DNA of 64,000 nt from Squalus acanthias (taxonomy: Eukaryota). The notes beneath the pieces were generated by a model. It was not told where the DNA came from, made no database searches, and saw only the letters and a program-made list of their open reading frames with translations. The stretch is taken from positions 174,594,001-174,658,000 of the forward strand of contig CM059425.1 of the NCBI GenBank assembly GCA_030390025.1, given 5' to 3'. Below are positions 40,418 through 52,344 of the stretch, piece after piece (positions within the stretch are counted from its first letter, which is position 1; each line of letters starts with the position of its first letter). Both the position numbers and the translations under genes were made by a program.

Positions 40418-41307
40418 AAGTGTGGAATGTGCGTGTGTGTTTCATGAGAGGGCCATAGGTGTTGGATGAGTGTTGGGCATTGGGGTTTTAAGACTCTCTG
40501 GCCATAGGGTGAGGTTGAGATGGAGGGATGGAGAGGTATTGAAAAAAAGCCACTCACCCTGACGACCCGAGTGAGGTCGTTGAACTTTTTTCGACATTGA
40601 GTATGGGTCCTGGGCACCATGCTCCTGGAGGAGACGCTCTGAGCCACCTCCCTCCACACTCTTCTGTACTCGCGCGGCAAAGGCCTCCTGCCACTCTCAG
40701 GGAAGAGTATAGATCTTCTGCGCTCCACCGCGCCAACCAGAGCATCCAAGGCCTGCTCGCTGAAGCGCTGAGCTCGTTCTCTCACCCTCTCCATAGTCCT
40801 TGGCTGGAAGATTTAGGCACAGGTCTCTCCAGGCCGAGATTCAAGGCTCCAATGAGCAGGGTGTGGCTGTAGAGCAAGATCGACCCTCCCCTTTAAGAAC
40901 TGTCCGGCGCCAGTGTGTCTGTGTTCCATCGCTAACTGACATCACCTGCGCTGCGCCCGCGCTCTGAGTTAGCGCCTCGCTCCTCGGCCTTTGCACCTTA
41001 AGACAGGTGTGTAGCGCCTGATTTAGCGCTCCAATCACCTCCACGGGCGATGAAAGCCAAGTTTGCAGTCGGAGGCGATAATTAGCGCCAGGCGCTAAAC
41101 TTTGCGCACGGCCGATAATGGCCACCCAAACGGGGCGATACTGAATTTTTCCCCCTTAGTCCTTTTAGAATTATTATTTACTGTGGCCCTGTTTGATTTA
41201 CACCCTTGATTTCTCTGCCTTCCACTTTTGCTTTTCTCCTTCCTGTCTTTTGCTTCTATCCTTGCTTCCCTCTGTCTCCCTGCACAGTTTCCCAACCCCC
41301 TGCCATT

Positions 41308-42235
41308 TTAGTTTAAACCCTCCCCAACAGCACTAGCAAACACTCCCCCTAGGACATCAGTCCCGGTCCTGCCCAGGTGCAAACCGTCCAGTTTGTACTG
41401 GTCCCACCTCCCCCCGAACCGGTTCCAATGTCCCAAGAATTTGAATCCCTCCCCCTTGCACCATTCCTCTAGCCACGTATTCATCTGAAATATCCTTCTA
41501 TTTCTACTCTGACTAGCACGTGGCACTGGTAGCAATCCTGAGATTACTACCTTTGAGGTCCTATTTTTTAATTTACCTCCTAACCCCCTATATTCAGCTT
41601 TCAGGACCTCATCCTGTTTTTTACCTATATCGTTGGTACCTATATGCACCACAACAACTGGCTGTTCACCCTCCCCCTCCAGAATGCCCTGCAGCTGCTC
41701 CGAGACATCTTGACCCTTGCATCAGGGAGGCAACATACCATCCTGGAGTCTCATTTGCGGCCGCAGAAACGCCTATCTATTCCCCTTACAATAGAATCCC
41801 CTATCACTATAGCTCTCCCGCTCTTTTTCCTCCTGTCCTGTGCAGCAGAACCACCCAAGTGCCAGGAAGTTGGCTGCTGCTGCCTTCCCCCGATAAGCCA
41901 TCTCCCCCAACAATATCCAAAGCGGTATATCTGTTTGAGAGGGGGATGGCCACAGGGGACCCCTGCACTACCTGCCTGCGCCTACTACTCTGCCTGGTGG
42001 TCATCCATTCCTTTCCTGCCTGTGCAGCCTTTACCTGCGGTGTGACCAACTCAGTAAACATGCTATCCACGACGTCCTCAGCATCGCGAATGCTCCAGTA
42101 TGTATCCATTTGCAGCTCCAGCGCCGCAATGCGGTCTGCCAGTAGCTGCAGCTGGATACACTTCCCGCACACATGGTCGTCAGGAACACAGGAAGTGTCC
42201 CTGATTTCCCACATAGTGCAGGAGGAGCATGCCAC
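41308..42235 (-). pseudogene. CR1 ORF1 (zinc finger/coiled coil plus SGNH esterase), frameshifted
   Basis: CSSCTMWE...CGKCIQLQLL; LSNRY; VHIGTNDIG...DGLHL. Confidence 0.9.
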
Positions 42236-43896
42236 GGGGCCGAGCTGTGCTGCCTTGACTTACCCTTTAATTAATTTAAATTAAATTAAATCAAATCAAT
42301 ACCACTAATTACACTACAATTAAATGATATACTCAAGGGCCCTTGTTTACTAGCACTCCCCGCTGCACAACAGAGACCTTAGAAACTATAACCACAAAAA
42401 TTAAGACCTTCTAAACTTTATAAACTATTAACCTTAACTGTCAAACTATAGAGTAGTATAAGTACTCACCCAATCAGCTGCTTCCTCTTGCCTGCGTCAC
42501 TTTTTGAATCGTGACGTGGCTCTGGAACGCCGCCGCCAGTCTGCGAGATTGGTAAGTCTCTGAGGAAAAAAGCCCGCGAAAGTGAGTTTAAATACTCACT
42601 GTACTGCCTCTCTCCTGCTGCTCCCGACACCTACTCCTTTTCCTATGTTCCTAACCACCATGGTCACAGTCACAGAGGATGTCATTTGTGACTTTGATTA
42701 GGGCCATTTGAATGATATGGCAGGGTAGAAACACGATTGGAGAAATTCAAACACGGAGTTGCAAGAAAGATGGGCATGAATTTGGGAGGCTAGCATGGGG
42801 GCCAGGAAGGGAGAGTTAGGTGGTCAGCAGTTTAGTGGGAATGGGATCAAGGGAGCAGGGGGTGGGTCTCATGGACAAGATGAGCTCGGAGAGGACATAA
42901 GGGGAGTTGGAGAGAAAGTACAGAAGGCACGAGTTCAGGGCTAGGGCTTGCGGGGGAACCTTGTGGAAGGTTTGGCTTGGTAGTCAACAAGCTATGGGGT
43001 TGTGGCAGAGGCAACTGAACAGATGGTCTCAATATTAATGGCATTCGTGAAGGATTTGTTTGGCTCATGGATAAAACAGTTTGGCTAGATCACTGAAACA
43101 AACCCTGAGAATGTGAAAGGTGCTAAATAATTGCAAGTTCTTTCTTTCTATAGATATTCATTGACTGAGGTATTCGTATTTCACAATGAATGTAAATACA
43201 TGGAGAAATGGTATGTTTATGGACAACTAAACCACAAAACTGCAATTAAATAAAACATGACATTCCCCATGCAAAGAAGTTCCACCAGCATGTCTTATGT
43301 AAGTAATAATAGGTCTGATTGCACTGTTATTGGAGACATGAAGAAATAAAGTGCGATTGATGCATGGAAGTAGCTTTGGTGTTTGTTATCTAATATTGGT
43401 GTGATGATAGAAATGATGGTACCAATGGTGCTAATGGTAGTGTTGGAGTGATATAGGACAGCTGTTTCATCTTGACAAATATTTAAAATATGAAATGAAA
43501 GGTACATTGAAGATAAGTTCAGAACACATTCAAATTCAGTTCATCCTCCTTTTATCTTTAAATTAGACTCATAAAAAGCAGCAATGTTTAGATAGGGATT
43601 GAAAATGTAGACAAGAACATGATTCATAACAGAACCCTAACCCCACCACCACATATGTATAATTTTCTACATTCCATTAGCTTGACATCTCCCATGTATC
43701 TATCAGTACCTTTAAGACCAAAAATATGTGTTTCTCAGATCAAAATGCAATAATGTCTTATATCATTCAAGTAACACATGCAACCATATGTTGAAAGGGT
43801 GAGATGAAGTAAGTTGGAAGGAGGCTTGTGTGGAGCATAATCACCGGCATAGACCAGTTGGACCAAATGGTCTGTTTCTGTGCTGTAAAATTCTAT

Positions 43897-44669
43897 GGGG
43901 TAAAAATTGAGTCGCGCCCCATTTGGGGCGCTAACCTCGCCGGGGCGCGACTTTTAGTGCCCCGAAAAAATTAGCGGCCCCGCGCCGGAACTTCAGTGGT
44001 TGCGCCCCAAGAGGGAAGCGGGGCGCCACTGGAAGCACCCCGCATCCCTCTTGGGGCGCTGCGAGTGAATATCCTGGCGCTACGTGCCGCAGCGCCACGC
44101 GCTGCGGCACGTCGCGCCGCGGTATTGCAGGCCTTCCTCCCCTTCTTAAAGGGGAGGGACCCTGCGCAGCGCGAACCGGGGCCCAGCTGGGCCCCCAGGG
44201 ATCGGGAGTGCCGGCAAAAGAGCCCGGCACTCAAGAGAAGTGCCGGGCTCTTGGAGCGCAGCCGGCACTTCACGGTGGGGGGGCTTCACGGGGGCCGGGG
44301 ACAGCAACGGGGGCAGGTGCTGGCAGGCGGCCAGCAACAAAAATGGCCGCCTGCCACCTCCCCTTTAAATATCGCCGCCCCGGCCGCACGTACGCCTCCC
44401 TGAACCCGTCGGACATAGCGTCTGGCGGTAAATCAGGGGGCGCGACTGAAGATCACGGCCGGGGCGCGAGCGGGGTGCTGCGCACGGCGATGACGTCATC
44501 GCCGGCGGCGCAGCGCCACAGGGCGCTACCGGCTGCCGCCGCCGCTAACCTCCCACTAAATTTTTCGGGAGGCGTGGGCGGCGCTGCGCCCGGGCGTTAG
44601 CTGCTTTACGCCCCATTAGCGCCCTCTTAAGGCGCTAAAGGGAGGCGCAAGCAGCTGAATTTTTCCCCC
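43897..44669. mobile_element. Harbinger MITE related to the 35-41 kb family (opposite orientation), inserted in a CR1 tail
   Basis: ggggtaaaaattgag...ctgaatttttccccc; TAT duplicated; ends are reverse complements of those of 35051-35943; CR1 tail at 43790-43896. Confidence 0.92.
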
Positions 44670-44819
44670 TATATATTTCCATGTAATTTAATACCAGATG
44701 CAACACCTGCTCATTACTCTCTTCCTACATCATTGTCCAAGAGCCCAAACACTATTGCCTTGTAAGACAGCAATTTATAGGTTCTTTATCCCATTCATTT
44801 TTTTAATTTTTAATTATTT

Positions 44820-45785
44820 ATTTATTCATGGAACGTGGGCATCGTTGGTTGCCCGTCCCTCATTGCCCTTGAGAAGGTGGTGGTGAGCCGCCTTCTTGAA
44901 CCGCTGCAGTCCGTGTGGTGAAGGTACTCCCACAGTGCTGTTCGGGAGGGAGTTCAAGGATTTTGACCCAGCGACAATGAATGAACGGCGATATATTCTC
45001 AAGTCAGGATGGTGTGTGACTTGGAGGGGAACTTGGAGGTGGTGGTGTTCCCATGCGCCTGCTGCCCTTGTCCTTCTAGGTGGTAGAGGTCGCGGGTTTG
45101 GGAGTTGCTGCAGTGCATCTTGTAGATGGTACACACTGCAGTCACTGTGCGCCAGTGGTGGAGGGAGTGAATGTTTAAGGTGGTGTGTGGCGTGCCACTC
45201 AAGCGGGCTATTTAATCCTGGACCATGTCAAGCTTCTTGAGTGTTGTTGGAGCTGCACTCAACCAGGCAAGCGGAGAGTATTCTATCATATTCCTGACTT
45301 GGGTCTTGCAGGTGGTGCAAAGTGCTTTGGGGAGTCAGGAGGTGAGTCACTTGCTGCAGAATACCCAGCCTCTGACCTGTTCTTGTAGCCACAGTATTTA
45401 TGTGGCAGATCCAGTTAAGTTTCTGGTCAATGGTGACCTCCAGGACGTTGATAGTGGGGGATTCGATGATGGTAATGCCATTGAATCTCAAGGGGAGATG
45501 GTTAGACCTTCTCTTGTTGGAGATGGTCATTGCCTGGCACTGCTGTGGCACGAATGTTACTTGCCACTTACCAGCCCAAGCCTGGATGTTGTCCAGGTAT
45601 TGCTGCATGCGGGCATGGACTGCTTCATTACCTGAGCAATTGCAAATGGAACTGAACACTGTGCAATCGTCAGCAAACATCCATACTTCTGACCTTACGA
45701 TGGAGGGAAGTTCATTGATAAAGCACCTGAAGATGGTTGGGCCTAGGACACAGCCCTGAGGAACTCCTGCAGTGAAGTCCTGGCA
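44820..45785 (-). mobile_element. Second non-LTR family 3' fragment
   Basis: MFADDCTVF RT motif; homologous to 10702-11538. Confidence 0.92.
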
Positions 45786-46670
45786 CTGTGTTCAGTTCCA
45801 TTCGTAACTGCTCAGATAACAAAGCAGTCCATGCTCACATGCAGCAAGAGCTGGACAACATCCAGGCTTGGGCTGATAAGTGGCAAGTAACATTTGCACC
45901 ACACAAGTGCCAGGCAATGACCATCTCCAACAAGAGAAAGTATAACCACCTCCCCTTGACATTCAATGGCATTACCATCGCCGATTCCCTCACCATCATC
46001 ATCCTGGGGGTCACGATTGACCAGAAACTTAACTGGACCAGCCACATAAATACTATGGCTACAAGAGCAGGTCAGAGGCTGGGTATTCTGCAGCGAGTGT
46101 CTCACCTCCTGACACCCAAAGCCTTTCCACCATCTACCAGACACAAATTAGGAGTATAATGGAATATTCTCCACTTGGCTGGATGAGTGCAGCTTCAACA
46201 ACACTCAAAAAGCTCAACACCATCCAGGACAAAACAGTCTGCTTGATTGCCACCCTACTCACCAGCTTAAAAGTTCACTCCCTCCACCACTGGTGCACCG
46301 TGGCTGCAGTGTGTACCATCTACAAGATGCACTGCAGCAACTTGCCAAAGCTTCTTCGACAGCACCTCCAAAACCTGTGACCTCTACCATCTCGAAGGAC
46401 AAGGGCAGCAGGCGCATGGGAACACCATCACCTGCAAGTTCCCCTCCAAGTCACACACCATCCTGACTTGGAAATATATCAGCATTCTTTATTCATCGCT
46501 GGGTCAAAATCCTTGAAATCCCTCCTAATAGCACTGTGGGAGTACCTTCACCACATGGACTGCATCGGTTCTGGAGGCGGTTCAACACCACCTTCTCAAG
46601 GGCATTTAATGATGGGCAATAATTGCTGGCCTTGTCAGCGACGCCCACATCTCGAGAATGAATTTAAAAA
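45786..46670 (+). mobile_element. Second non-LTR family 3' fragment
   Basis: QQELDNIQAWADKWQVTF; same 3' tail. Confidence 0.92.
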
Positions 46671-46739
46671 GTACTGGAATATCAGTTGTTTCTGCTTTTT
46701 TCTCTCCAACCCACCCAAAATCCTTGCTTGTCCTTCTGT

Positions 46740-47045
46740 TTCCAGTTCTGACAAAGGGTTGTGCTTGAAGTGTTAACTCATCTTTCTCTTTATAGATACT
46801 GACTGATGTGTTGTATATTTCCAGCATTTTCTGTTATTGTTTTACATTTTGTTCCCCTGTTTTTCTGAGTGAATCAGCACTTTTCACTCTTCACTTTTAC
46901 CAATTGTTTTATCCCTCTTTTTTGTATGGTCCTGTAAAAAAGCTACTGAAGGGTTTACATCTGAAACATTAACCTGCCTTTTCTCTTTTCATATGCTGAC
47001 AGATCTGCTTTATATTTCCAACATTTTCTGTTTTTATGTCAGCTT
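46740..47045 (+). repeat. Two degenerate Penelope-type tail copies
   Basis: ctga..aaggg....gaa.(c/t)(a/g)ttaac...tatatttcca.cattttctgtt repeated at ~46748 and ~46944. Confidence 0.5.
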
Positions 47046-47324
47046 GAAATTTTCACTGCCATTCAAAACAGCATGAACTGAAACACTTTTAATACTCCAT
47101 ATCAATAAGGGCGGTAATAATATATTTTTAAATCTAATATATTTTTCTTTTGTAACATGAAGTGAAATAAAACCTGACATTATAACAGCTCAAGTCATTG
47201 GAAGAGCACTCCAGTTCAAATCACACAGCACAATAGCAGTTTAGTTCCAATTGTATGATTTAAATGAGGGAGCTCATTGTCTGTCATAGTACGCTGTGAC
47301 ATCCACTCCTGGTACAAGATAGAA

Positions 47325-47745
47325 AAGAGGTGGCATTTATATAGTTCCTTTCAAGTCCTCAAGACACCCCAAATGCTTCACAGCTAATGAATTGATTTTG
47401 AAGTGAAGTCACTGTTATTTTGTAGGCAAACACAGCAGCCATTTTCTGCACAGCAAGGTCCCAAACAGCAATGAGAGAAATTATTTAGTAATCTGTTTTG
47501 GAGGTACTGATTAAGTGATAAATTTTGGCCAGAACACCGGGAGAATTTCCTGACTTTCTTCAAATAGTGCCTTGGGATCATTTATGTCCACCTGAATGGG
47601 GAGGTGGCCTTTGATTTAATGTCTTGTCCGATAAATGGCATCTCCGACAAATCAGTGCTCCCTCACTACTGCACTGAAGTGTCAATATAGAGTACGTGCT
47701 CAAGTCCCTGGAGTGGAGCTTGACCCCATGACCTTCTGACTCAGT
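47325..47745 (-). mobile_element. tRNA-derived SINE with L2-type tail (DeuSINE-like)
   Basis: Reverse strand ctgagtcagaaggtcatggggtcaagctccactcc (B-box-like); tail similar to L2; partial copy at ~63640-63830. Confidence 0.6.
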
Positions 47746-49859
47746 GTAAAATCAAAAAAACTTCCTAGAAATAAAACAGCCTCACAAATTCCATCTGTAT
47801 TTATCATATACTATAGCATAGGTTGGAGTGTATTTCAAGAACATAACTAATATCTGGATTCAGATGACAGTAATAAAGTAAGAGTGTCATCTGAACTCAT
47901 TGTATGAGTTTCTTAGGCTGCTGCCCCTCAATATATTAGCCATGGTGGCACTCTTTGTATTTCAATATGCTGCATTACCAAGCTGCCTCTGTAGTTGGAA
48001 ATTATATTTAATTTGTTTGTGTATCAGTGAGTTGGAGCAAACGTTGTCACATCAGTAAGTACATTAGGGGATATTTATTTACACACTTTATGTACCTGAT
48101 AGCAAAAATCCTGACATTGAAGTGTTTTATTGCTCAGGGAATTCATTGTATTCAACCTTTTTTTCCCCAATTGTGCTTATCTTCCAAAGTAACTATCTGG
48201 AAATTCCCAAATTTACTGGCAATTTATTTCACTGAACACAGGAACTTCACTCGTCTCATATGAATATGTGCCATTGTTCAAAGTGTTGACCTTGTGCTCT
48301 GACACACATGGCCAGGCATCAACATTAGTTTCTTTTGCTGGATGCAAGAATCCCCTTAGGAGACATCTGTAATGGCATTGGTCTCTGTCAGACACACGGC
48401 GATATCTTGCTTGTTGACAAAAATATGATGTTACTACCTTAATACGAAGGTGATCTAAACTTAATTTAATCTTTCAGCCTATATGTTAATTTCGGTTACA
48501 GTTCAGTTCAGTTTACCAACCTGATAAAAGTGTTGTGGTTTATCCAAAACAGAAAAGGGAGCAGGGAGTTGAACCAGATGATTTATGCCATGAGATTCAA
48601 ATCACATTGTTTCACAGCTGGCTCTCCACATCCATCAGGAAAAGGGAGATTCAGTTCTAAACAGACAATTTAATAGTGGATCAGCTATAAATTCTGTCCA
48701 AATGCTAATTTGCAGCTGCAGTTTGAACAAGATATCAGTGAGTGGCATTCATCCATATAAAAGTGTGACAGAGGCATCATTAACACATTTAAGCTGCACA
48801 CAATGTCTTTCCTAATGTGTCTTAAAATGTGTGGGAAATTTTGTTTTATATGAGGTAAGCGAGAAAAAACTCTTGAAATATTCAGTAAAAATCAATGATT
48901 AATAGGAAGTACTTCCAATAACATTCAATATTAGAGTTTTATTATACAGTACTTTATGATTACATCAACCGTTTAGCTGGAAACCATTGCAGCCTCTGGT
49001 CCCCATCCACCCTCCCCCACCACCACCCTATCCTAGCATCTTTTCTCTGTTCTCTGACATATCTTCTTGAGTCTCCTAGTGTCCATGGCGAACCTTTGAA
49101 AGGTTGCATTTTTCCTTGTAAATGCCCCTTGAACCTAGACACAGAATTCTGTGACAAAGCTGCAACCTTAACAATCACACCACATCGTTTTGACCTGTCA
49201 AGCTGGAAGCTCTGCTTTTATGGCTCATATGTATATCAGGTGTTTATTGCAACACAAACCCTAGCAACCATCTAAAAAGCATTTCTCCCATTCAATACAC
49301 TGATGACATCATTGACTGTACTCAATAACAAAACATTCCAATGGTGGAACCATTGCTACAATGCACTAATTAATAATTTCAACATTCTGGTGCTTAAACT
49401 ACATGCCGATCCAGATATGAACATTGAATAATTTGATTCCTGGATTTTAGCAATAGTCAGTACAAAGGCTTATTTATGATAATTTTGAACAGGTTATATA
49501 AAATATTCCAAACTTCATAAAATATTGATAAAGGGCATAGCTTATAACAGTGAATCATTGTAAGTAATTTTTCAATAGAATCAAATATTGTTCTGAATTT
49601 ATTTGTCATAATTAGGGTATATTTGTTCAACAACAAAAGAGATCAAAAACTGAAATTGCTGATTTATTTAATCCTATTCAGTGATAATTATACATTGTAG
49701 TGACACAAATTTAATCAATTGAAACAGTGCCTTTTGAATGATATGCATGTACTCAGTACTGCTATTGCTCCTGTATTTATTTTGCTCATTCAGTATTTTT
49801 GTTCTTCCATCCTCTTCACAGGCATTAATTCTTGTAGTGGGGTACCGTTCCACTGTCAG

Positions 49860-50530
49860 TGATCCCATTCTAGTACTTTTTCCAAGTGACTATTATTCAT
49901 GTGTAAGCTTTGGCAATGAATGTTGGTAGGCTATCCAACTGTGGAAGACATCACGGCCAAGTCTGATCTTGTCTTCACCCGAAGTGCACAAACATACACT
50001 TTCAGTAGGGATCACTGTATAGTACTCAGGAGTGGGACCCTGGGCCTCTTTTCCCATCTCTGCACTAGAGCTGTAAGGCCTGTTGTAGTGCCCCTACTGC
50101 CTCTTCAACTGAGATCAGCTAACACACCAGACCATGAATTGAATCTGGCATTTTCCTGATCTGCATAGCTCAGAGGCAGAGGCTTTGCCTCTGAGTCATT
50201 GGGACTCACCTGTCATTCTATGTAATTAGCAACTTTTTGATACAAGAAAAATGCAATACTTTTTTTTGAAATTCTGTTGATCTTATGTAGGTTCCAGCAT
50301 TCAAATCAGAAGTGCTAAGTGCTCAGGAACTTAAGGCAGTGGGTAGTTGATCCATGCAGACCACAAAGTTACATGCTCAGTCACTGGTTAGTGCCAAGTT
50401 AGCTGATCTCAGCCAGGACAATGGTAGGAATGCTATAATTGGCCTCAATGTCCTCAGGACAGGAAGAAAAAATTGGCCAGAATTCCTGCACATGATCACT
50501 ATCCAGTGACCCCTGCTGGAAAATCTGTGG
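49860..50530. mobile_element. Two old SINE-like copies in opposite orientation
   Basis: ttagctgatctcag...gatcactatccagtgacccct block at 50400-50520 (+) is mirrored at 50000-50125 (-); related pieces at 2540-2960 and 17240-17350. Confidence 0.5.
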
Positions 50531-50689
50531 ATGTAAAATGAGCATTTCTGAGGTCCTCCCTCAATCACCTCCTTTTGGGAAGGGTGGGGTGGGCAGGTGT
50601 GGTAAACAAAACACACCAAACTGAAAGGAAATTAGATTTGGCATCAAAAGCAGAAAGATCAATTAAGAAAGGAATGTTAAGAAGGATTA

Positions 50690-51230
50690 CCTTAACCTAC
50701 ATCAGATGCATCTTTATGAATGCCAGAAGCACTCGTAACATGATGACTGAGCTTGAGCTTGTTGTGGCAATTGGAAACTCTAATGCAATAGGAATCTCAG
50801 AAACATGGTTAACCCCTAATGATGGAGGTAAGTACAGTGCGCAAAGTTCAAAGTGTTCAGGAAGAACAGTCTAGACAGAAAACGAGGTGGAGTAGCTCTA
50901 TTTGTCAGGAATACCTGGTTCGGTTAAGGAAGTAGATGCACTGAACAGGTTGAGCTTCCCAACAGGCTAGTCTGGTAGTGCAAAGGGAGCAAAGATAACA
51001 AAGATAAAGGGTTTGCTATCGACCACCAGATTAAAACAAAAAGGAACACAGGTTATTCTAGGAAGAGATAAAGAAGCAATGGGCCAATAGAAGAATCATA
51101 TGAATGGGGGATTTGAATCAACATCATATAAACTTAGCATGCCCAGTGGTTTTAGAATCTGAGCTAAATGTAACACATGACTGCTATCTCAGCAGTTAGG
51201 GATGCCAAGAAAGGTAACTCACATCTTGAC
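50690..51230 (+). mobile_element. Degenerate CR1 endonuclease fragment
   Basis: CIFMNARS...IGISETWL, RGGVAL-like segment. Confidence 0.7.
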
Positions 51231-52110
51231 CTCTGGATTCCCCCAAGGATCTATCCATGGACCCTTCCTCTTCCTCATCTAGATGCTGCCTGTAGGTGAC
51301 ATCGTCAGAAAATAGGCAGTCAGCTTCCACATGTACACTGATGACAGCCAGCTCTAACTCACCATCAGCTCTCTCGACCCCTCTACTGAATCTGTGCTGT
51401 CAGACTGCTTGTTCAATATACAGTCTTGGATGAGCCGCAGTTTTTACAATTAAATATTGGGAAGACCAATGCCATTGTCTTTGGCTCCTGCCACAAACTC
51501 TGTTCCCTAACTATCGATTCCATCCCCCTCCTTCGCCACAGTCTCAGGTTGAACTAGACTGTTTGCAACCTCGATGTCCTATTTGACTCTTAGCTGAGCT
51601 TCAAACCCCATATCCTCTCCATCACAAAGACCTCCTATTCCTACTGCCACCTCTGTAACATTGCTCAATACTAGACCCAGGCCCAACTGCTCCCCAAGTC
51701 CTCCACCATTTCAGCCCTGAAATTCTGTCTCTCTGTGGCTTCTCTCCCATCTCTCCCTTTGCAGTCTTCAAGGTTATCTTGCCAGTGAGGCCCATGTTCT
51801 GCTCACTTGAGCCCCTTTGCATTCAACTCCTGACCAACGTTCCCTGTAATTTTTTTTGGGTGCATGGCCCCTTTAAAGGGCTGCGCGGCCCATTCAAAAT
51901 ACTGCGCATGCGCAGTTGTTCCATTTAAAAGCCGGAATGCCGGCTGCACAGGTCCTTCAGAGAGCTAAGGGAACATTGCTCCTGACCATCCAGTTTCCCT
52001 CCCTGGCTTCCATGTTAACAGATATTGTCAATGGTTCCCTCTCCTCAGGCACCATCCACCACCCTTGCAAAAGTTCTGTTATCACCCCTCCATAAAAATC
52101 CCAACCTTGG
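51230..52110 (+). mobile_element. L2 RT fragment
   Basis: PQGS...FHMYTDDSQL encoded at 51240-51355. Confidence 0.7.
51835..51978. mobile_element. hAT-type MITE
   Basis: caacgttccct/agggaacattg TIRs; 8-bp TSD ctcctgac. Confidence 0.88.
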
Positions 52111-52344
52111 CCCTCTGTTCTCCCCAACCATGAATGTTTAAGGTGGTGGATGGGGTGCCAATCAAGCGGGCTGCTTTGTCCTGGATGGTGTCTAGCTTCT
52201 TGAGTGTTGTTGGAGCTGCACTCATTCAGGCAAGTGGAGAGGATTCCATCATACTCCTTACTTGTACCTTGTAGATGGTGGAAAGGCTTGGGGAGTCAGG
52301 AGGTGAGACACTCGCCGCAGAATACCTAGCCTCTGACCTGCTCT

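Larger units (their letters stand above)
37962..40794 (-). pseudogene. Harbinger Myb/SANT-like DNA-binding gene, 3 exons, disrupted
   Basis: Exon 1 40794-40558 (RFSEQAL...VWREVA...QCRKKFNDL), exon 2 40219-40057, exon 3 39897-37962, with GT-AG introns and matching phases; TAG at 39443 and two insertions in exon 3. Confidence 0.9.
35977..41155. mobile_element. PIF/Harbinger DNA transposon, autonomous-type structure
   Basis: Perfect 16-bp TIR gggggaaaaattcagt; TTA TSD (35974-35976, 41156-41158); convergent transposase and Myb genes. Confidence 0.97.
32180..42627 (-). mobile_element. Near full-length CR1 LINE interrupted by two Harbinger insertions
   Basis: 5' UTR ~42240-42627, ORF1, ORF2 (EN-RT) and tail at 32180; CR1 sequence is contiguous once 35051-35943 and 35977-41155 are removed. 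Confidence 0.95.

Noticed and set aside
43931..44600. GC-rich ORFs or a CpG-island gene
   Set aside because: Entirely inside a MITE with TIRs and TSD.
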